Shown here one piece after another: positions 1 through 9,713 of a stretch of 64,000 nucleotides of DNA (position 1 is the stretch's first letter; each line of letters opens with the position of its first letter). A model generated the notes under the pieces. It saw nothing but the letters and a program-made list of their open reading frames with translations, was not told the DNA's origin and made no database searches. Both the position numbers and the translations under genes were made by a program. The stretch is from Rhodospirillales bacterium. GTDB lineage: Bacteria > Pseudomonadota > Alphaproteobacteria > Rhodospirillales > UBA2165. The stretch is from the NCBI GenBank assembly GCA_965207535.1, contig CBDBMR010000011.1, forward strand, positions 78,276-142,275. The letters run 5' to 3'.

Positions 1-1672
1 CCAAGCCCAGCCGAGCGCAGCGGACGAGGAAGCTTTCCACCGCCTTGGCGGGCGACTTGATTTGCTCGGCGATGTCGTGGACCACCGGCGGCCTGGTATG
101 CCCGTCTTCGAGAATCGGCTTGATCCGCTTCCACAGCGCTTCGTCCTTGGACGACAGTTGGGGCTCGAAGCCCGGCAGGAAGTAGCTGGCGCCCCGGTTG
201 ACGATGGTTCCGTCGGCGACCAGGGTTTCGAGAATGGGCGTAAACCGTTTGGTCGGCATCCGGACACCGGTCTCGCGGCGGAGCCCGTCGGCACTGGGCC
301 CGGGCTTCTCGGGCGCGTTTTCGTGCCACGCCCGGAGCGCGGCCGTGATGCCGTCCCGGATTTCGGTCCAGTGGGCAGGCGCGTAGCCGGTCTCCAAATT
401 CTCACCGGCGCGGACGATCTCGACCGCCTCCCACAGGGCGGCTTGTTCGTCGCCGTTCAGGTTCCAGCCGACGATGAACGCCGGGAGATCGACGCCCAGC
501 GCCTGCCGGTCGAGAAGCTTGCGGAGCGCATCGGCGGCGGTGCGCTCCTCCATGGCGGCGATGGCGACGAGACGTTCCGGCCTGGCGCGGCCGCGGGCGG
601 GGCCGTGGGGGTCGAGCACCCGGCCGCCGGCGACGGTCCGGGTCGCCGACTGATCGCGAAGAATGAATCCGTCGCCGCAGAGCGCGCCGATCCGCCGGTC
701 GAGAACGATTTGCACCAACGCGCTCCCGCCGGGCGGGATGTTCTTGTCTTCGAGGACCGCCACGCGGCCCGGAATTTCGGCGGCGCCCAGGTGGACATGG
801 ACCGGCGTCCAGTGCTTGAGGGACTTGGCCTCGCCCGGCAGCACCCGGAGCCGGGCATCGAACCGGGGAACCGGATCGTGGATCGCATCGGCGACCAGCC
901 AGTCGCCCCGGTGCACGTCGTCCTTGGTGAGGTTTTGGCCGGTGATGTTGAGGGCGCAGCGCTGACCGGCCGCCCCCGCCTCCGCTTCCTCGTTCTGGGC
1001 GTGGATGCCGCGCACCCGGACGCGCTGGCCGCCAGGGGTAAGGGTCAGTTGATCGCCCACATTCACCGCGCCCGCGAACACCGAGCCGGTGACGATGAGG
1101 CCGGCGCCCTGAAGGGTGAATGCCCGGTCGATGGCGAGGCGGAAATTGCCATGAACCTCCCGGTCGCCGATCAACTCGGACGCGACGGCCAGATGCTCCT
1201 TGAGTTCACCGATCCCATCGCCGGTCACCGCGGACACCGGCAGGATTTCCGATCCCTCGAGGCCGGTCTCCATCAGGAGGAACTCGATCTGTTCGGTGAC
1301 GTCCCTGATCCTCGCCTCGTCGACCCGGTCGATCTTGGTCAGCGCGACCACCCCTTGATCGATTCCGAGGAGGTCGAGGATCGCCAGATGCTCCTCGGTC
1401 TGGGGCATGGGTCCGTCATCGGCGGCGATGACCAGCAGCGCGTAATCGATGCCGGAAACGCCGGCCAGCATGTTGCGAACGAAGCGCTCGTGACCCGGCA
1501 CATCGACAAATCCCATGACCTTGCCGCTGGCCATCGGCTTGTAGGCGAAGCCGAGATCGATGGACATGCCGCGTTTTTTCTCTTCCGGCAGCCGGTCGGT
1601 GTCGACCCCGGTCAATGCCTGCACCAGTAAGGTCTTGCCGTGGTCGATGTGGCCGGCGGTCGCGACGATCAC
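1..1672 (-). CDS. selB: Selenocysteine-specific translation elongation factor SelB (3' end runs off the left window edge)
   Basis: My own translation of the minus strand from the GTG at 1672 gives [44 protein letters not shown]...[10 protein letters not shown]...[10 protein letters not shown], the G1/G3/G4 motifs and the E. coli SelB N-terminal pattern. There is no stop before position 1, so the ORF track omits it. The start overlaps the selA stop as GTGA (1669-1672). Confidence 0.9.
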   Translation of the reverse strand, partial: MIVATAGHIDHGKTLLVQALTGVDTDRLPEEKKRGMSIDLGFAYKPMASGKVMGFVDVPGHERFVRNMLAGVSGIDYALLVIAADDGPMPQTEEHLAILDLLGIDQGVVALTKIDRVDEARIRDVTEQIEFLLMETGLEGSEILPVSAVTGDGIGELKEHLAVASELIGDREVHGNFRLAIDRAFTLQGAGLIVTGSVFAGAVNVGDQLTLTPGGQRVRVRGIHAQNEEAEAGAAGQRCALNITGQNLTKDDVHRGDWLVADAIHDPVPRFDARLRVLPGEAKSLKHWTPVHVHLGAAEIPGRVAVLEDKNIPPGGSALVQIVLDRRIGALCGDGFILRDQSATRTVAGGRVLDPHGPARGRARPERLVAIAAMEERTAADALRKLLDRQALGVDLPAFIVGWNLNGDEQAALWEAVEIVRAGENLETGYAPAHWTEIRDGITAALRAWHENAPEKPGPSADGLRRETGVRMPTKRFTPILETLVADGTIVNRGASYFLPGFEPQLSSKDEALWKRIKPILEDGHTRPPVVHDIAEQIKSPAKAVESFLVRCARLGL

Positions 1673-3114
1673 CTGGACGCGCCCCCCGGCGTCAACCGGT
1701 CGAGCTGGCCGACGAAGGCTTCCACGTCTTCGAGACAGCGGAGATCGAGAAGGAAGGCGCCTTCGTGGACCCGGCCGATGACCGGGATGGGGAGCGAGCG
1801 GAACGCCTTGGCGATTCGATTGAGCGCGGCGCCGCTGCCCCGCTTGCCGGTTGACGGGGTAATGCGGAGGGCGACGCTGTCCAGCCGCTCCACCGGCAGG
1901 GAGCCACTGCCGATCTGGCTCTGGCAGCCGGCCAGCTCGACGGCGGCGATCCCGTCAAGCGCCCGGGACACCGGATCGACGATCTGCTTGCCGGCCGCGG
2001 CAATTTCATCGGCCTGGCGCGCCAGCAGCCTGAGCGCCGGCATCCGCTCCACGAGGCGGTCGGGATCGAGATAGAGGCGGAGCACGGCGCTCAGCGCCGC
2101 CATGGTCACCTTGTCGATCCGCAAGGCCCGCTTCATCGGGTTCTTCTTTATTTTGTCGATGAGGTCCTTCTCGCCGACGATCATGCCGGCCTGCGGCCCG
2201 CCCAGCAGCTTGTCGCCGGAGAACGTCACCACGGACATGCCCTGGGCCAGGGCTTCCGCCGCCGTCGGTTCGTGGGGCAGGCCGAATTGGGCAAGGTCCA
2301 CCAATGTGCCGCTGCCGAGATCATCGACGCAGGGAATACCGTGTTTCCGTGCCAGTTGGGCGAGTTCGGAGTCGCTCACCTCCTTGGTGAAGCCCTGCAC
2401 CTCGTAGTTGGAGGTATGGACCTTCAGCAACAGCGCCGTCCTGCCGCTGATGGCTTCCTCGAAATCCTTCAGATGCGTCCGGTTGGTGGTCCCGACCTCA
2501 TGCATTTTGCAGCCGGCCCGGCGGATGATGTCGGGCATGCGGAACGAGCCGCCGATCTCCACCAGTTGGCCGCGGGAAACGGGAACCTCCTTGCCCTTGG
2601 CCAGCGTATTGAGGACCAGCAGGACCGCCGCCGCGTTGTTGTTCACCACCGTCGCCGCCTCGGCTCCGGTCAGCTCGGCCAACAGGTCATCCACGTGAAC
2701 GTCCCGGTCGCCCCGCCTGCCGCTCTCCAGATCGTATTCCAGGTTGGAGGCGCCGCCGGCAACGAGGGTCATGGCCTCGATCGCCTCCCGCGGCAGGGGC
2801 GCGCGGCCCAGGTTGGTGTGCAGGACCGTGCCCGTCAGGTTGAAGACTTTTTTGAGCGACGGCGCCGATTTCGCCGCCAGCAGATCCGCGACGGAAGCCA
2901 GCACGGCCTCTTCCGCGGTATCGGCATTCCCGCCGGCGCCGAGGACTCGCTGCCGCAACTCGCCGATGACGGCGCGGACGGCATCCGTGGTCGCCCGGCG
3001 GCCGTAGGCGTCGGCCAGCGCCCGGCCATCATCATGGCGCAGCAGCTTGTCTACCGACGGCAACACGGCCTGCAGCGGTTTGGAGGTCTCTGTCATGGTC
3101 GAACAGACGCCCAA
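1669..3114 (-). CDS. selA: L-seryl-tRNA(Sec) selenium transferase (selenocysteine synthase) SelA
   Basis: 481-aa ORF. The PLP-lysine region [17 protein letters not shown] and overall length are typical of SelA. It is translationally coupled to selB. The start could instead be the internal Met at 3096 (MTETSKPL). Confidence 0.9.
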   Translation of the reverse strand: MGVCSTMTETSKPLQAVLPSVDKLLRHDDGRALADAYGRRATTDAVRAVIGELRQRVLGAGGNADTAEEAVLASVADLLAAKSAPSLKKVFNLTGTVLHTNLGRAPLPREAIEAMTLVAGGASNLEYDLESGRRGDRDVHVDDLLAELTGAEAATVVNNNAAAVLLVLNTLAKGKEVPVSRGQLVEIGGSFRMPDIIRRAGCKMHEVGTTNRTHLKDFEEAISGRTALLLKVHTSNYEVQGFTKEVSDSELAQLARKHGIPCVDDLGSGTLVDLAQFGLPHEPTAAEALAQGMSVVTFSGDKLLGGPQAGMIVGEKDLIDKIKKNPMKRALRIDKVTMAALSAVLRLYLDPDRLVERMPALRLLARQADEIAAAGKQIVDPVSRALDGIAAVELAGCQSQIGSGSLPVERLDSVALRITPSTGKRGSGAALNRIAKAFRSLPIPVIGRVHEGAFLLDLRCLEDVEAFVGQLDRLTPGGASR

Positions 3115-3202
3115 TTTCCCTGAGTCCCCGGAGGCTATTTCGCCGCCTTGGGCCCGTCAAGGTTCCCAAATGGTGGCAAGCGCACCAAGGGGAGAGCGGG
3201 GT

Positions 3203-3231
3203 TTGACAGGGATTTTGAATTCCGATCTAGT
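3203..3231 (+). promoter_or_regulatory. Candidate sigma70-like promoter for the GrdB-like selenoprotein gene
   Basis: TTGACA at 3203-3208, a 17-nt spacer, then TCTAGT at 3226-3231, about 40 nt upstream of the ATG at 3272. It lies in the selA/grdB-like divergent intergenic region. Pattern match only. Confidence 0.25.
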
Positions 3232-3271
3232 CCCGGCAACGAATTCTCAAACTCATTGGATGGGGTGATAC

Positions 3272-4474
3272 ATGGTTAGGATGGACGCGCTGGCGCCCGC
3301 GATGGCGCAGCGGATGACAGACCTAGTGCTGCCGGAAGTCGAGAGCAGCGCCTGGAGCAAGGCGAAGCCGCTCAACGAAATGCGGGTGGCGATCGTCTCT
3401 TCCGCTGGACTTCATCTCAAAACCGACCGCCCGTTTTTCAGAGGCGACGTGGATTATCGGGTCATTCCCTCCGATACGGACGGCGCGGACCTGTTTATGA
3501 GTCACGTTTCGTCCAACTATGACCGGTCGGGATTTCAGGAAGACATCAACGTGTCCTTCCCCATCGATCGAATCAGGGAACTCGCCGAAGAAGGCTTCAT
3601 CGGCTCGATCGCGAAGAATCATATCTCATTCATGGGCGCGACCGACCCCACCGGCATGGAGCAGAAGGCCAAAGAGGCCGCGGCTATTCTCAAGGAGGAC
3701 AACGTCGACGCGGTCGCCCTGTCGGGCGTCTGACCCATGTGCACGCGCGCCGTGAGCGTGCTGGCCAACTACCTCGAGCGGGAAGGCTTCGTGACGGCGA
3801 TCATCAGCCTGATCAAGCTCCATACGGAGAAGATCGGCGTGCCGCGAGGTCTCGCCGTGCCGTTCGAGCTGGGCCGCCCTTATGGCGCGCCGACCGACGC
3901 CGAGTTCCAGAAACAGGTGCTGAAGCAGCAACTCAAACTCATGGAGAGCCCTTCGGGGCCCGTGCTGGCGGACTTCGATGACGACCCGCCGGACGGCAAG
4001 CCGTCCGACGGCTGGGACTGCGCCGTCGAGCTGCCGCCGGTATTCGAGGACACCGGTGATCTGGCCGGCCTCAGGGCCGCGGTGAACGCCGAGATCGACG
4101 CCCTCCGTCCGGCCTATGCGAAGGCCAGGGCACGCCGCGGAAGAACCACCGTCGGCGTCAGCGGAATGAATATCGAGATGGCGAGCGAGCTGCTCCTGGC
4201 CTTCGTCGAGGACGAGGGTATTCGCAGTCCCAATCCGGAATTCCCGCTGGCCATGGCGCTGAAGCTCGCCAGCGAAGACTTCAAGGCCTACTACTCCGAG
4301 GCCATGGCGGCCGAAGGCTGCATCGCGTCGAGCATGCAGATCGCCGATTGGTTCTGGAACGAAACCACCGGCGCCAAGGTGATGGCCGCGTTCAAGAAGG
4401 CCTGTGACGAGGCCTCGGACGAGAAAATCGTCGATATGGCTTGGGGCGTCGCGCCCGGCGGACGCCTGCCGTAG
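3272..4474 (+). CDS. GrdB/PrdB-family (glycine/sarcosine/betaine/D-proline reductase component B-like) selenoprotein with in-frame UGA (Sec) at 3731-3733
   Basis: Track ORFs 3272..3733 and 3737..4474 share one frame and are separated only by TGA plus one codon (CCC). The read-through sequence is ...NVDAVALSGV-U-PMCTRAVSVLANYLEREG..., which matches my recollection of the U-x-x-C-T-R context of GrdB-family selenoproteins. selA and selB are adjacent, and a hairpin follows the TGA. Confidence 0.8.
3741..3761 (+). promoter_or_regulatory. Candidate bacterial SECIS hairpin for the UGA at 3731
   Basis: GCACGC (3741-3746) and GCGTGC (3756-3761) form a perfect 6-bp GC-rich stem with the 9-nt loop GCGCCGUGA. 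The stem starts 8 nt after the UGA, and the loop contains GU. Confidence 0.45.
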
Positions 4475-4524
4475 GGTCCGGACTCAATCGAGCCGCCACA
4501 GGGTGTTGCGGCGATGAGGACCGG

Positions 4525-4670
4525 CTGGGTGAGGGAGAATTCCATACCCCCCCACCCTCGACGCCCGGCTGATTGCCGGCCGTCTCGACCTCCCCCTCCA
4601 GGGGGGAGGTGATCCAGTCCGCCTCCACCTATTCCCTCCCCCCTTCGAGGGGGAGGGTCAGGGAGGGGGG
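4525..4670. repeat. G/C-rich hairpin repeat cluster (REP/MITE-like), locus A
   Basis: Contains GGGTGAGGG...CCCCCACCC, CCTCCCC-loop-GGGGAGG and CCCTCCCC-loop-GGGGAGGG hairpins. Positions 4544-4578 are nearly identical to 28744-28777. It lies between convergent genes. Confidence 0.75.
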
Positions 4671-4711
4671 CGCAAAACGGGAATCCCCTCATCGAAACCG
4701 GACCGTGAGCG

Positions 4712-5566
4712 TCAGCCGTCGATCACCGGGTTTTCAAGTACGCCGATCCCGGTGATCTCGACGGTGCAGACGTCGCCCGGTTTCATGTACCAGGGCGGGT
4801 TGCGGCGCGAACCGACCCCGCCCGGCGTTCCGGTGGCAATGACATCGCCCGGGTTCAGGGCAACGGCCGTCGACAGGTAGTTGATCAGCTTGTCGATCTT
4901 GTGATCCATCGCGGCGATGCCGGTGTGCTGAACCTGCTCGCCATTGATCCGGGTGGTCAGCTCATGAGCGTAAGGATCGCCAAACTCGTCGGGAGTCACC
5001 ATCCACGGACCAAACCCGCCCGTGTCCTGAAAATTCTTACCCGGTGCGAATTGGCTGGTGTGCCGCTGCCATTCGCGAATCGAGCCGTCGTTGTAGATGG
5101 AATAGCCGGCGATGTGATCAAACGCCTTTTCCTCGGGGATGGCGCGGCCCCGCTTACCGACAATGACCGCAAGCTCGCCTTCCCAGTCCAGCGTATCGGA
5201 GAAACTGGGGCGAACCATGGGGTCGCCGTGCGCGATCTGGGCCTCGGCGATGCGCAGGAAGATCATCGGCTCTTCCTGGGCGCCCCGCCCGGTCTCGTCC
5301 TGGTGGTCCTTGTAGTTGACCCCGACGCACCAGATGGCCTTGGGATTGGGCACCACGGGCAGCAGCTTCACGTCCGCAAGGCTCATCTCGGCGGGCTTTC
5401 CTTCGGCGGCGGCCTTCAAGGCGTCGATGGCGCCGTCCCGCTCCAGCAACCCCAGCATCGTGGCGGGCAAATCGGAGGCGACACTCGCGGCCGGCACGAA
5501 ACCGCTGTCGTCAACCATGACCCCGACGCCCTCGGCGCCGTTCAGTTCATAGGAAATGAGTCTCAT
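4712..5566 (-). CDS. Fumarylacetoacetate hydrolase (FAH) family protein
   Basis: 284-aa ORF with FAH-family features: ...WCVGVNYKDH..., WEGELAVIVGKRG, GDVIATGTPGGVG. Confidence 0.85.
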   Translation of the reverse strand: MRLISYELNGAEGVGVMVDDSGFVPAASVASDLPATMLGLLERDGAIDALKAAAEGKPAEMSLADVKLLPVVPNPKAIWCVGVNYKDHQDETGRGAQEEPMIFLRIAEAQIAHGDPMVRPSFSDTLDWEGELAVIVGKRGRAIPEEKAFDHIAGYSIYNDGSIREWQRHTSQFAPGKNFQDTGGFGPWMVTPDEFGDPYAHELTTRINGEQVQHTGIAAMDHKIDKLINYLSTAVALNPGDVIATGTPGGVGSRRNPPWYMKPGDVCTVEITGIGVLENPVIDG

Positions 5567-5586
5567 GCGTTTCTCCGTCGTTCGGT

Positions 5587-7224
5587 TCAGTCCGCGCCGC
5601 CGCGCATCCGGTAACGCCGCTCCAGCGGCCTCCAGTCGGGCAGCTCATCGAAGGGCACGTCGATCAGCACGGGCGCGTCGGCGGCAAACGCTTGATCGAG
5701 TTTGTCCCCCAGATCCTCGGGGCTCTCTGCCCTCAATCCCATTGCACCGAAGGATTCGGCAAACTTGACGAAATCCGGATTGTCCAGGTCCCAGGCAATC
5801 AGCCGGCCGCCGAAATCCATGGATTGGTTCTTCTTCACGTTGCCGTAGGCGCCGTTGTTGAAAATCAGCGTGACCGTGTTGATCCCGTGGCGCACCGCCG
5901 TCGACAGCTCGGTGGCGGCGAACATGAAGCCGCCGTCTCCGGTCACGCTGATGACCTTCCTGTCGGGGTGCGCCACCTGCGCGCCGAGTGCCGTCGGGAA
6001 CCCGTAGCCGAGGGTTCCCTGGACGCCCGGCTGAATGTTGGTGCGCGGCCCATAGGTGGGAAATCCCCACCAACTGTAGAATCCCATCTGGGTGACCCCA
6101 AAACAGACGATGCCGTCTTCCGGCAAGCGGCTGCGGATCGCATCGCCATAGGCAACCTGCCCCGGCAGCGTTTCGGCCAGGTCCTTGCGCGCGGCCCGCT
6201 GCAAATCGACATACTCGTCCTTGCGTGACTCCCGCGAGCGGTTGTGCCGGGAAAGTCGGTCGGCCATCGCACCAAGGGCCGGCTGGCCGTGCGCCACCAG
6301 ATGGATGTCGGGTTTCCAGCGCGCCACCGATTGCTTGGGGTCGGGGTCCACCCTGATCAGCTTGACGTCGTCATCCCAGCCCCACTGGGTGATGGGCAGC
6401 AGCATCTTGGTACCCACGGCCAAGGCGACATCCACCTTGGGCCAGACATGGGACGCGGCGATGTTGTTTTGCGCCAGGTAGTGCCGGGCATCCACGGCAC
6501 CTAACCCTTGGGGGCTCATGAACACGGGCGCCTGCAGGGCTTCGGCCAGCTCCAGCAATTCGGTCTCGGCGCCGAAGATGCCGCCGCCGACAAATATCGC
6601 CGGGTTCTCCGCATTGCCGAGCAAGGCGGCCGCCTGCTCGATCAGGTCGGGGTCCGGCTCCATTTGCTCGTAGTCGCCGGGCCGCACGGAAATTTCAACC
6701 TCGGCCTCTTGGCGCATCACGTCAGGCGCCATTTCGAGGAATACCGGCCGGTTGCGTCCGGTATTCATCTGCCGGAACGCTTCGGCGACAAGCGCCGGCG
6801 CTTGCTCCGGGCTATCGGCACGGGCCTGCCACTTGGTCATCGCCGACATCGTCCCCTTCTGATCCATCATTTCGTGGAGAAGGCCAATGCTCTTGTCGAT
6901 GGCGCCGCTCGGAATCTGCCCGCCGACGCACAGCATCTTGGCGCCAAGACTGTATCCCGTGAGCAGGGCGGCGCCGGCGTTCAACACGCCCGGCCCGGGA
7001 ACAACGGCGCAAACCCCTTCCCGGCCCGTAGAGTGGGCGTACCCCAATGCCATATAGGCCGCGCCCTGCTCATGCCGGGTATGGACAACCCTCAGCCTAT
7101 CCTGCTCACCATGAAAGCTGTCGAACAGCGGGTCGAGTTGGGCGCCGGGCAGCCCGAATACGGCATCGACACCGTGGCCAACGATGGATTTTGTCAGCGC
7201 CGCCGCGCCGGTCAGTTTCGCCAC
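5587..7224 (-). CDS. Thiamine-pyrophosphate-dependent enzyme (acetolactate synthase large-subunit-like)
   Basis: The N-terminal TPP-pyrimidine domain has HGVDAVFGLPGAQL...HEQGAAYMALGYA...PGPGVLN. The C-terminal TPP-binding region has GTLGYGFP...VTGDGGFMF...NNGAYGNV. I trimmed the start to the GTG at 7224, because the 657-aa track ORF would overlap sat. Confidence 0.8.
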   Translation of the reverse strand: MAKLTGAAALTKSIVGHGVDAVFGLPGAQLDPLFDSFHGEQDRLRVVHTRHEQGAAYMALGYAHSTGREGVCAVVPGPGVLNAGAALLTGYSLGAKMLCVGGQIPSGAIDKSIGLLHEMMDQKGTMSAMTKWQARADSPEQAPALVAEAFRQMNTGRNRPVFLEMAPDVMRQEAEVEISVRPGDYEQMEPDPDLIEQAAALLGNAENPAIFVGGGIFGAETELLELAEALQAPVFMSPQGLGAVDARHYLAQNNIAASHVWPKVDVALAVGTKMLLPITQWGWDDDVKLIRVDPDPKQSVARWKPDIHLVAHGQPALGAMADRLSRHNRSRESRKDEYVDLQRAARKDLAETLPGQVAYGDAIRSRLPEDGIVCFGVTQMGFYSWWGFPTYGPRTNIQPGVQGTLGYGFPTALGAQVAHPDRKVISVTGDGGFMFAATELSTAVRHGINTVTLIFNNGAYGNVKKNQSMDFGGRLIAWDLDNPDFVKFAESFGAMGLRAESPEDLGDKLDQAFAADAPVLIDVPFDELPDWRPLERRYRMRGGAD

Positions 7225-7241
7225 GGACCCGGTCCCCCCGC

Positions 7242-8414
7242 TCAATTTTGATTGACGTAAAACTCGCGCAGTATAGCCACCACTTCCGGCCGGCTGAACT
7301 CGGTTGGGATTTCCTCGCCGCCGGCCAGCATCTCCCGCTGGCGGGTCCCCGAGATCTGGATCCTGTGTTCGTCGCCGTGCGGGCAGGAACGCGCCGTCGC
7401 CATACCGCCGCAGGCCCTGCAGTAAAACGTGATGTCGATCTTGAGGGGATGAATTTCGATCGCGCCTTCCCACAGGGTGTCGAAGATATTCTGAGCATCG
7501 AACGGCCCGTAATAGCTTCCGACGCCCGCGTGGTCCCGCCCGACGATCAAATGCGAGCAACCGTAGTTCTGCCGGACCACGGCGTGCAGCAGCGCTTCGC
7601 GGGGTCCCGCATAGCGCATCTCCAGCGGGACCCCGGCTTGAATGGCCGTGCCCTCCCGGAAGTAGTTCGAAATCATGGCGTCGATGGCCTGCACGCGGGT
7701 CTCCGCCGGGATGTCCCCCGGTTTGAGCTTTCCCAGCACCTGATGGATGAAGACACCGTCGGTCACCTCGATGGCAATTTTCACCAGGTGTTCGTGACTG
7801 CGGTGCATGGGGTTACGAGTTTGAAATGCCGCGATCCTCGACCAACCGAGTTCCTCGAACATAGCTCGGCTTTCGTGAGGATAGACGCAGAGTTCAGTGT
7901 ACTGCGCCCGGAACGGCCCCTCATCGAAAACCGTCACCGTCCCGCCGAGATTTACCGGCGGCTGTGCGAGGACCTTTTCAGCCCCGGGATGGGCCGGGTC
8001 CCCGGTCTTGAAGACGTTCGCATTCTCGAATGCGTGATCCGGTTCATACCGCTCCGACACCGCCATGGTGCCCATGACGGTGCCGGTTTCGCCGTCAACC
8101 AGTGCAACCTCATCCCCATCGTCGACGGTCTCCGCCAGATCCCGGGCCGCCGACAGGGTGATGGGAATGGGCCAGAATGTTCCATCGGCCATTTTCATGT
8201 CCCCGGCAACACCTCGCCAGTCGGCCTCCCCCATGAAACCGGTCAGCGGCGTATAGGCCCCCATACCCATCAGAATAAGGTCGGATGTCTCGCGGCTGGA
8301 CATGGGAACCTGGATGAGGCCTGCGGCGGCGGCCCGGCGCGCCTCGCGCTCGGACTCCTCGATCAGCAACGGGCGTAGAGCGTCTCCACCATGGGGAGAA
8401 ATCAGGTGCGGCAT
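7242..8414 (-). CDS. sat: Sulfate adenylyltransferase (ATP sulfurylase), homo-oligomeric Sat type
   Basis: Shows the QTRNPMHRSHEHL and GRDHAGVG motifs and a PUA-like N-terminal region. The start is set at the internal Met MPHLISPHGG (8414). Confidence 0.85.
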   Translation of the reverse strand: MPHLISPHGGDALRPLLIEESEREARRAAAAGLIQVPMSSRETSDLILMGMGAYTPLTGFMGEADWRGVAGDMKMADGTFWPIPITLSAARDLAETVDDGDEVALVDGETGTVMGTMAVSERYEPDHAFENANVFKTGDPAHPGAEKVLAQPPVNLGGTVTVFDEGPFRAQYTELCVYPHESRAMFEELGWSRIAAFQTRNPMHRSHEHLVKIAIEVTDGVFIHQVLGKLKPGDIPAETRVQAIDAMISNYFREGTAIQAGVPLEMRYAGPREALLHAVVRQNYGCSHLIVGRDHAGVGSYYGPFDAQNIFDTLWEGAIEIHPLKIDITFYCRACGGMATARSCPHGDEHRIQISGTRQREMLAGGEEIPTEFSRPEVVAILREFYVNQN

Positions 8415-8517
8415 CGTGGCTCCGGGTTCGGCTGGCTGGGAGACGGTGAAGGTCGAATTCGGCGCTCTTATTGTCCGGCGGCGCGGCAACGTCAAGCACT
8501 ACTGAAAGACCAGCCGC

Positions 8518-9558
8518 CTACATGGTCTCCAATGCCGGCATGATGTCGGATGCAAACCGCTGCATGGACTCCAAGGCATGTCCGTGGGCGATGTCGCCGA
8601 AGTAGAAACCTAGGATCATGTAGTTGAGGCCGAGCGCTTCGGCATGGGCCGCGAGGGTCTCCTTGACCGTCTCGGCCGTCCCGACGACCACCGACCCCCG
8701 CTGCTGCGCTTCGGCGAGTGTCGGCGGAATGAATTGGGCGATGTTCGGACCCGGCACCTTGTTGACCCGCCAGAGTTTCGTCAGGCTCGCCTCCCAAGCC
8801 TGGTAGGCGGGCTCGGCCCGCTTCAGCGCTTCGTCCTCGGTCTCGGCGATCACAAGATGCCGCATGATGCCGACCGCCGCGCCCTCCTTGAAACCGCCGT
8901 CACCGCCGTCACCCGGCCGGCCGCGCTTCGCCAGCGCCTCCTTGAACGACTCGACCCCGGGCCGGGCGAATTCGACACCGCCCAAGGTAACGAAGTGATA
9001 GCCGTTCTCGCCGCCGAATTGCCCGCCTTCGGCGTGGTTGGTCGGATACCAGATCGGCGGGTGGCGTTTTTGCAGGGGCCTCAGCTCCATGGGCACATCG
9101 ACGTACGAATAGTTGTCGCCTTGATGATCGAGCACGTCATGGGACAATCCGTAAACCACCGCTTCGAGGCACTCCCGAAAGATGGGCCGAGACGTGTCCG
9201 GATCCACATCGTGAAATTTGAGTTCGAAGGGCGACACGCCGCGCCCCACGCCGACATCGAGCCGCCCGTGGCTGAGGTGATCGAGAATGCAAATCTCCTC
9301 GATCAGGCGAAGGGGCGTATAGAGCGGCAGAAGGTAGCACAGCGGACCGAGCCGGATGTTTTTGGTCGCCCGGGCTATCGCGCCCAGATAGACGCCCGGC
9401 ACCGGCACCATGTTCAGCGGCGTCGCATGGTGCTCGGCAACGTGATAGCAGTAGAAACCGGCTTCATCGGCGGCGGAAACAAACTCGAGCCGCTCATCGA
9501 ACTCCTGAGCCAGCGGACGATTGTTGACGTCCACGTGATCGAATAGTCCGAATTTCAT
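8518..9558 (-). CDS. LLM-class (luciferase-like) flavin-dependent oxidoreductase
   Basis: 346-aa ORF beginning MKFGLFDHVDV..., with AEHH...LGPLCYLLPLYTPLRLIEEICILDHLSHGRLDVGVGRG, typical of the luciferase-like monooxygenase family. Confidence 0.8.
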   Translation of the reverse strand: MKFGLFDHVDVNNRPLAQEFDERLEFVSAADEAGFYCYHVAEHHATPLNMVPVPGVYLGAIARATKNIRLGPLCYLLPLYTPLRLIEEICILDHLSHGRLDVGVGRGVSPFELKFHDVDPDTSRPIFRECLEAVVYGLSHDVLDHQGDNYSYVDVPMELRPLQKRHPPIWYPTNHAEGGQFGGENGYHFVTLGGVEFARPGVESFKEALAKRGRPGDGGDGGFKEGAAVGIMRHLVIAETEDEALKRAEPAYQAWEASLTKLWRVNKVPGPNIAQFIPPTLAEAQQRGSVVVGTAETVKETLAAHAEALGLNYMILGFYFGDIAHGHALESMQRFASDIMPALETM

Positions 9559-9713
9559 CGCCCCGCCTCCCCGGCGCCGCCCATCCTTGCTTCGCGGTCT
9601 CGGCCGCCGCCGTCACTCATCCGGTTTGCCCGGAGTGCATTCCATGCCGCGTCCTGATCCTATAGGGTTCATCGGCAACCGCACAACCAGCACGCAACAA
9701 TTACGGGGAATCC

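Noticed and set aside
62-1630. 522-aa plus-strand ORF covering the left end of the window
   Set aside because: It is an antisense shadow ORF of selB, typical of high-GC DNA. Its translation is Arg/Gly/Pro-rich with no family motifs, whereas the minus strand gives a clear SelB sequence.
3190-3245. Possible tRNA-Sec (selC) in the selA upstream region, because GGAATTCAAAATCC on the minus strand looks like an anticodon stem-loop containing TCA
   Set aside because: There is no GGTTCGA-type T-arm, no long acceptor stem and no long variable arm around it, so it does not fold as a tRNA.
4291-4692. Small ORFs inside the hairpin-repeat loci (for example 4291..4692, 26239..26556, 28562..28999)
   Set aside because: Their translations (PSPxxGEG, PPPRRGEG-like) are by-products of the palindromic G/C-rich repeats and recur in both orientations.
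7225-7560. N-terminal 112-aa extension of the TPP-enzyme ORF (track 5587..7560)
   Set aside because: It would overlap the 3' end of sat by more than 300 nt and is Arg-rich nonsense. The conserved TPP N-terminal domain begins right after the GTG at 7224.
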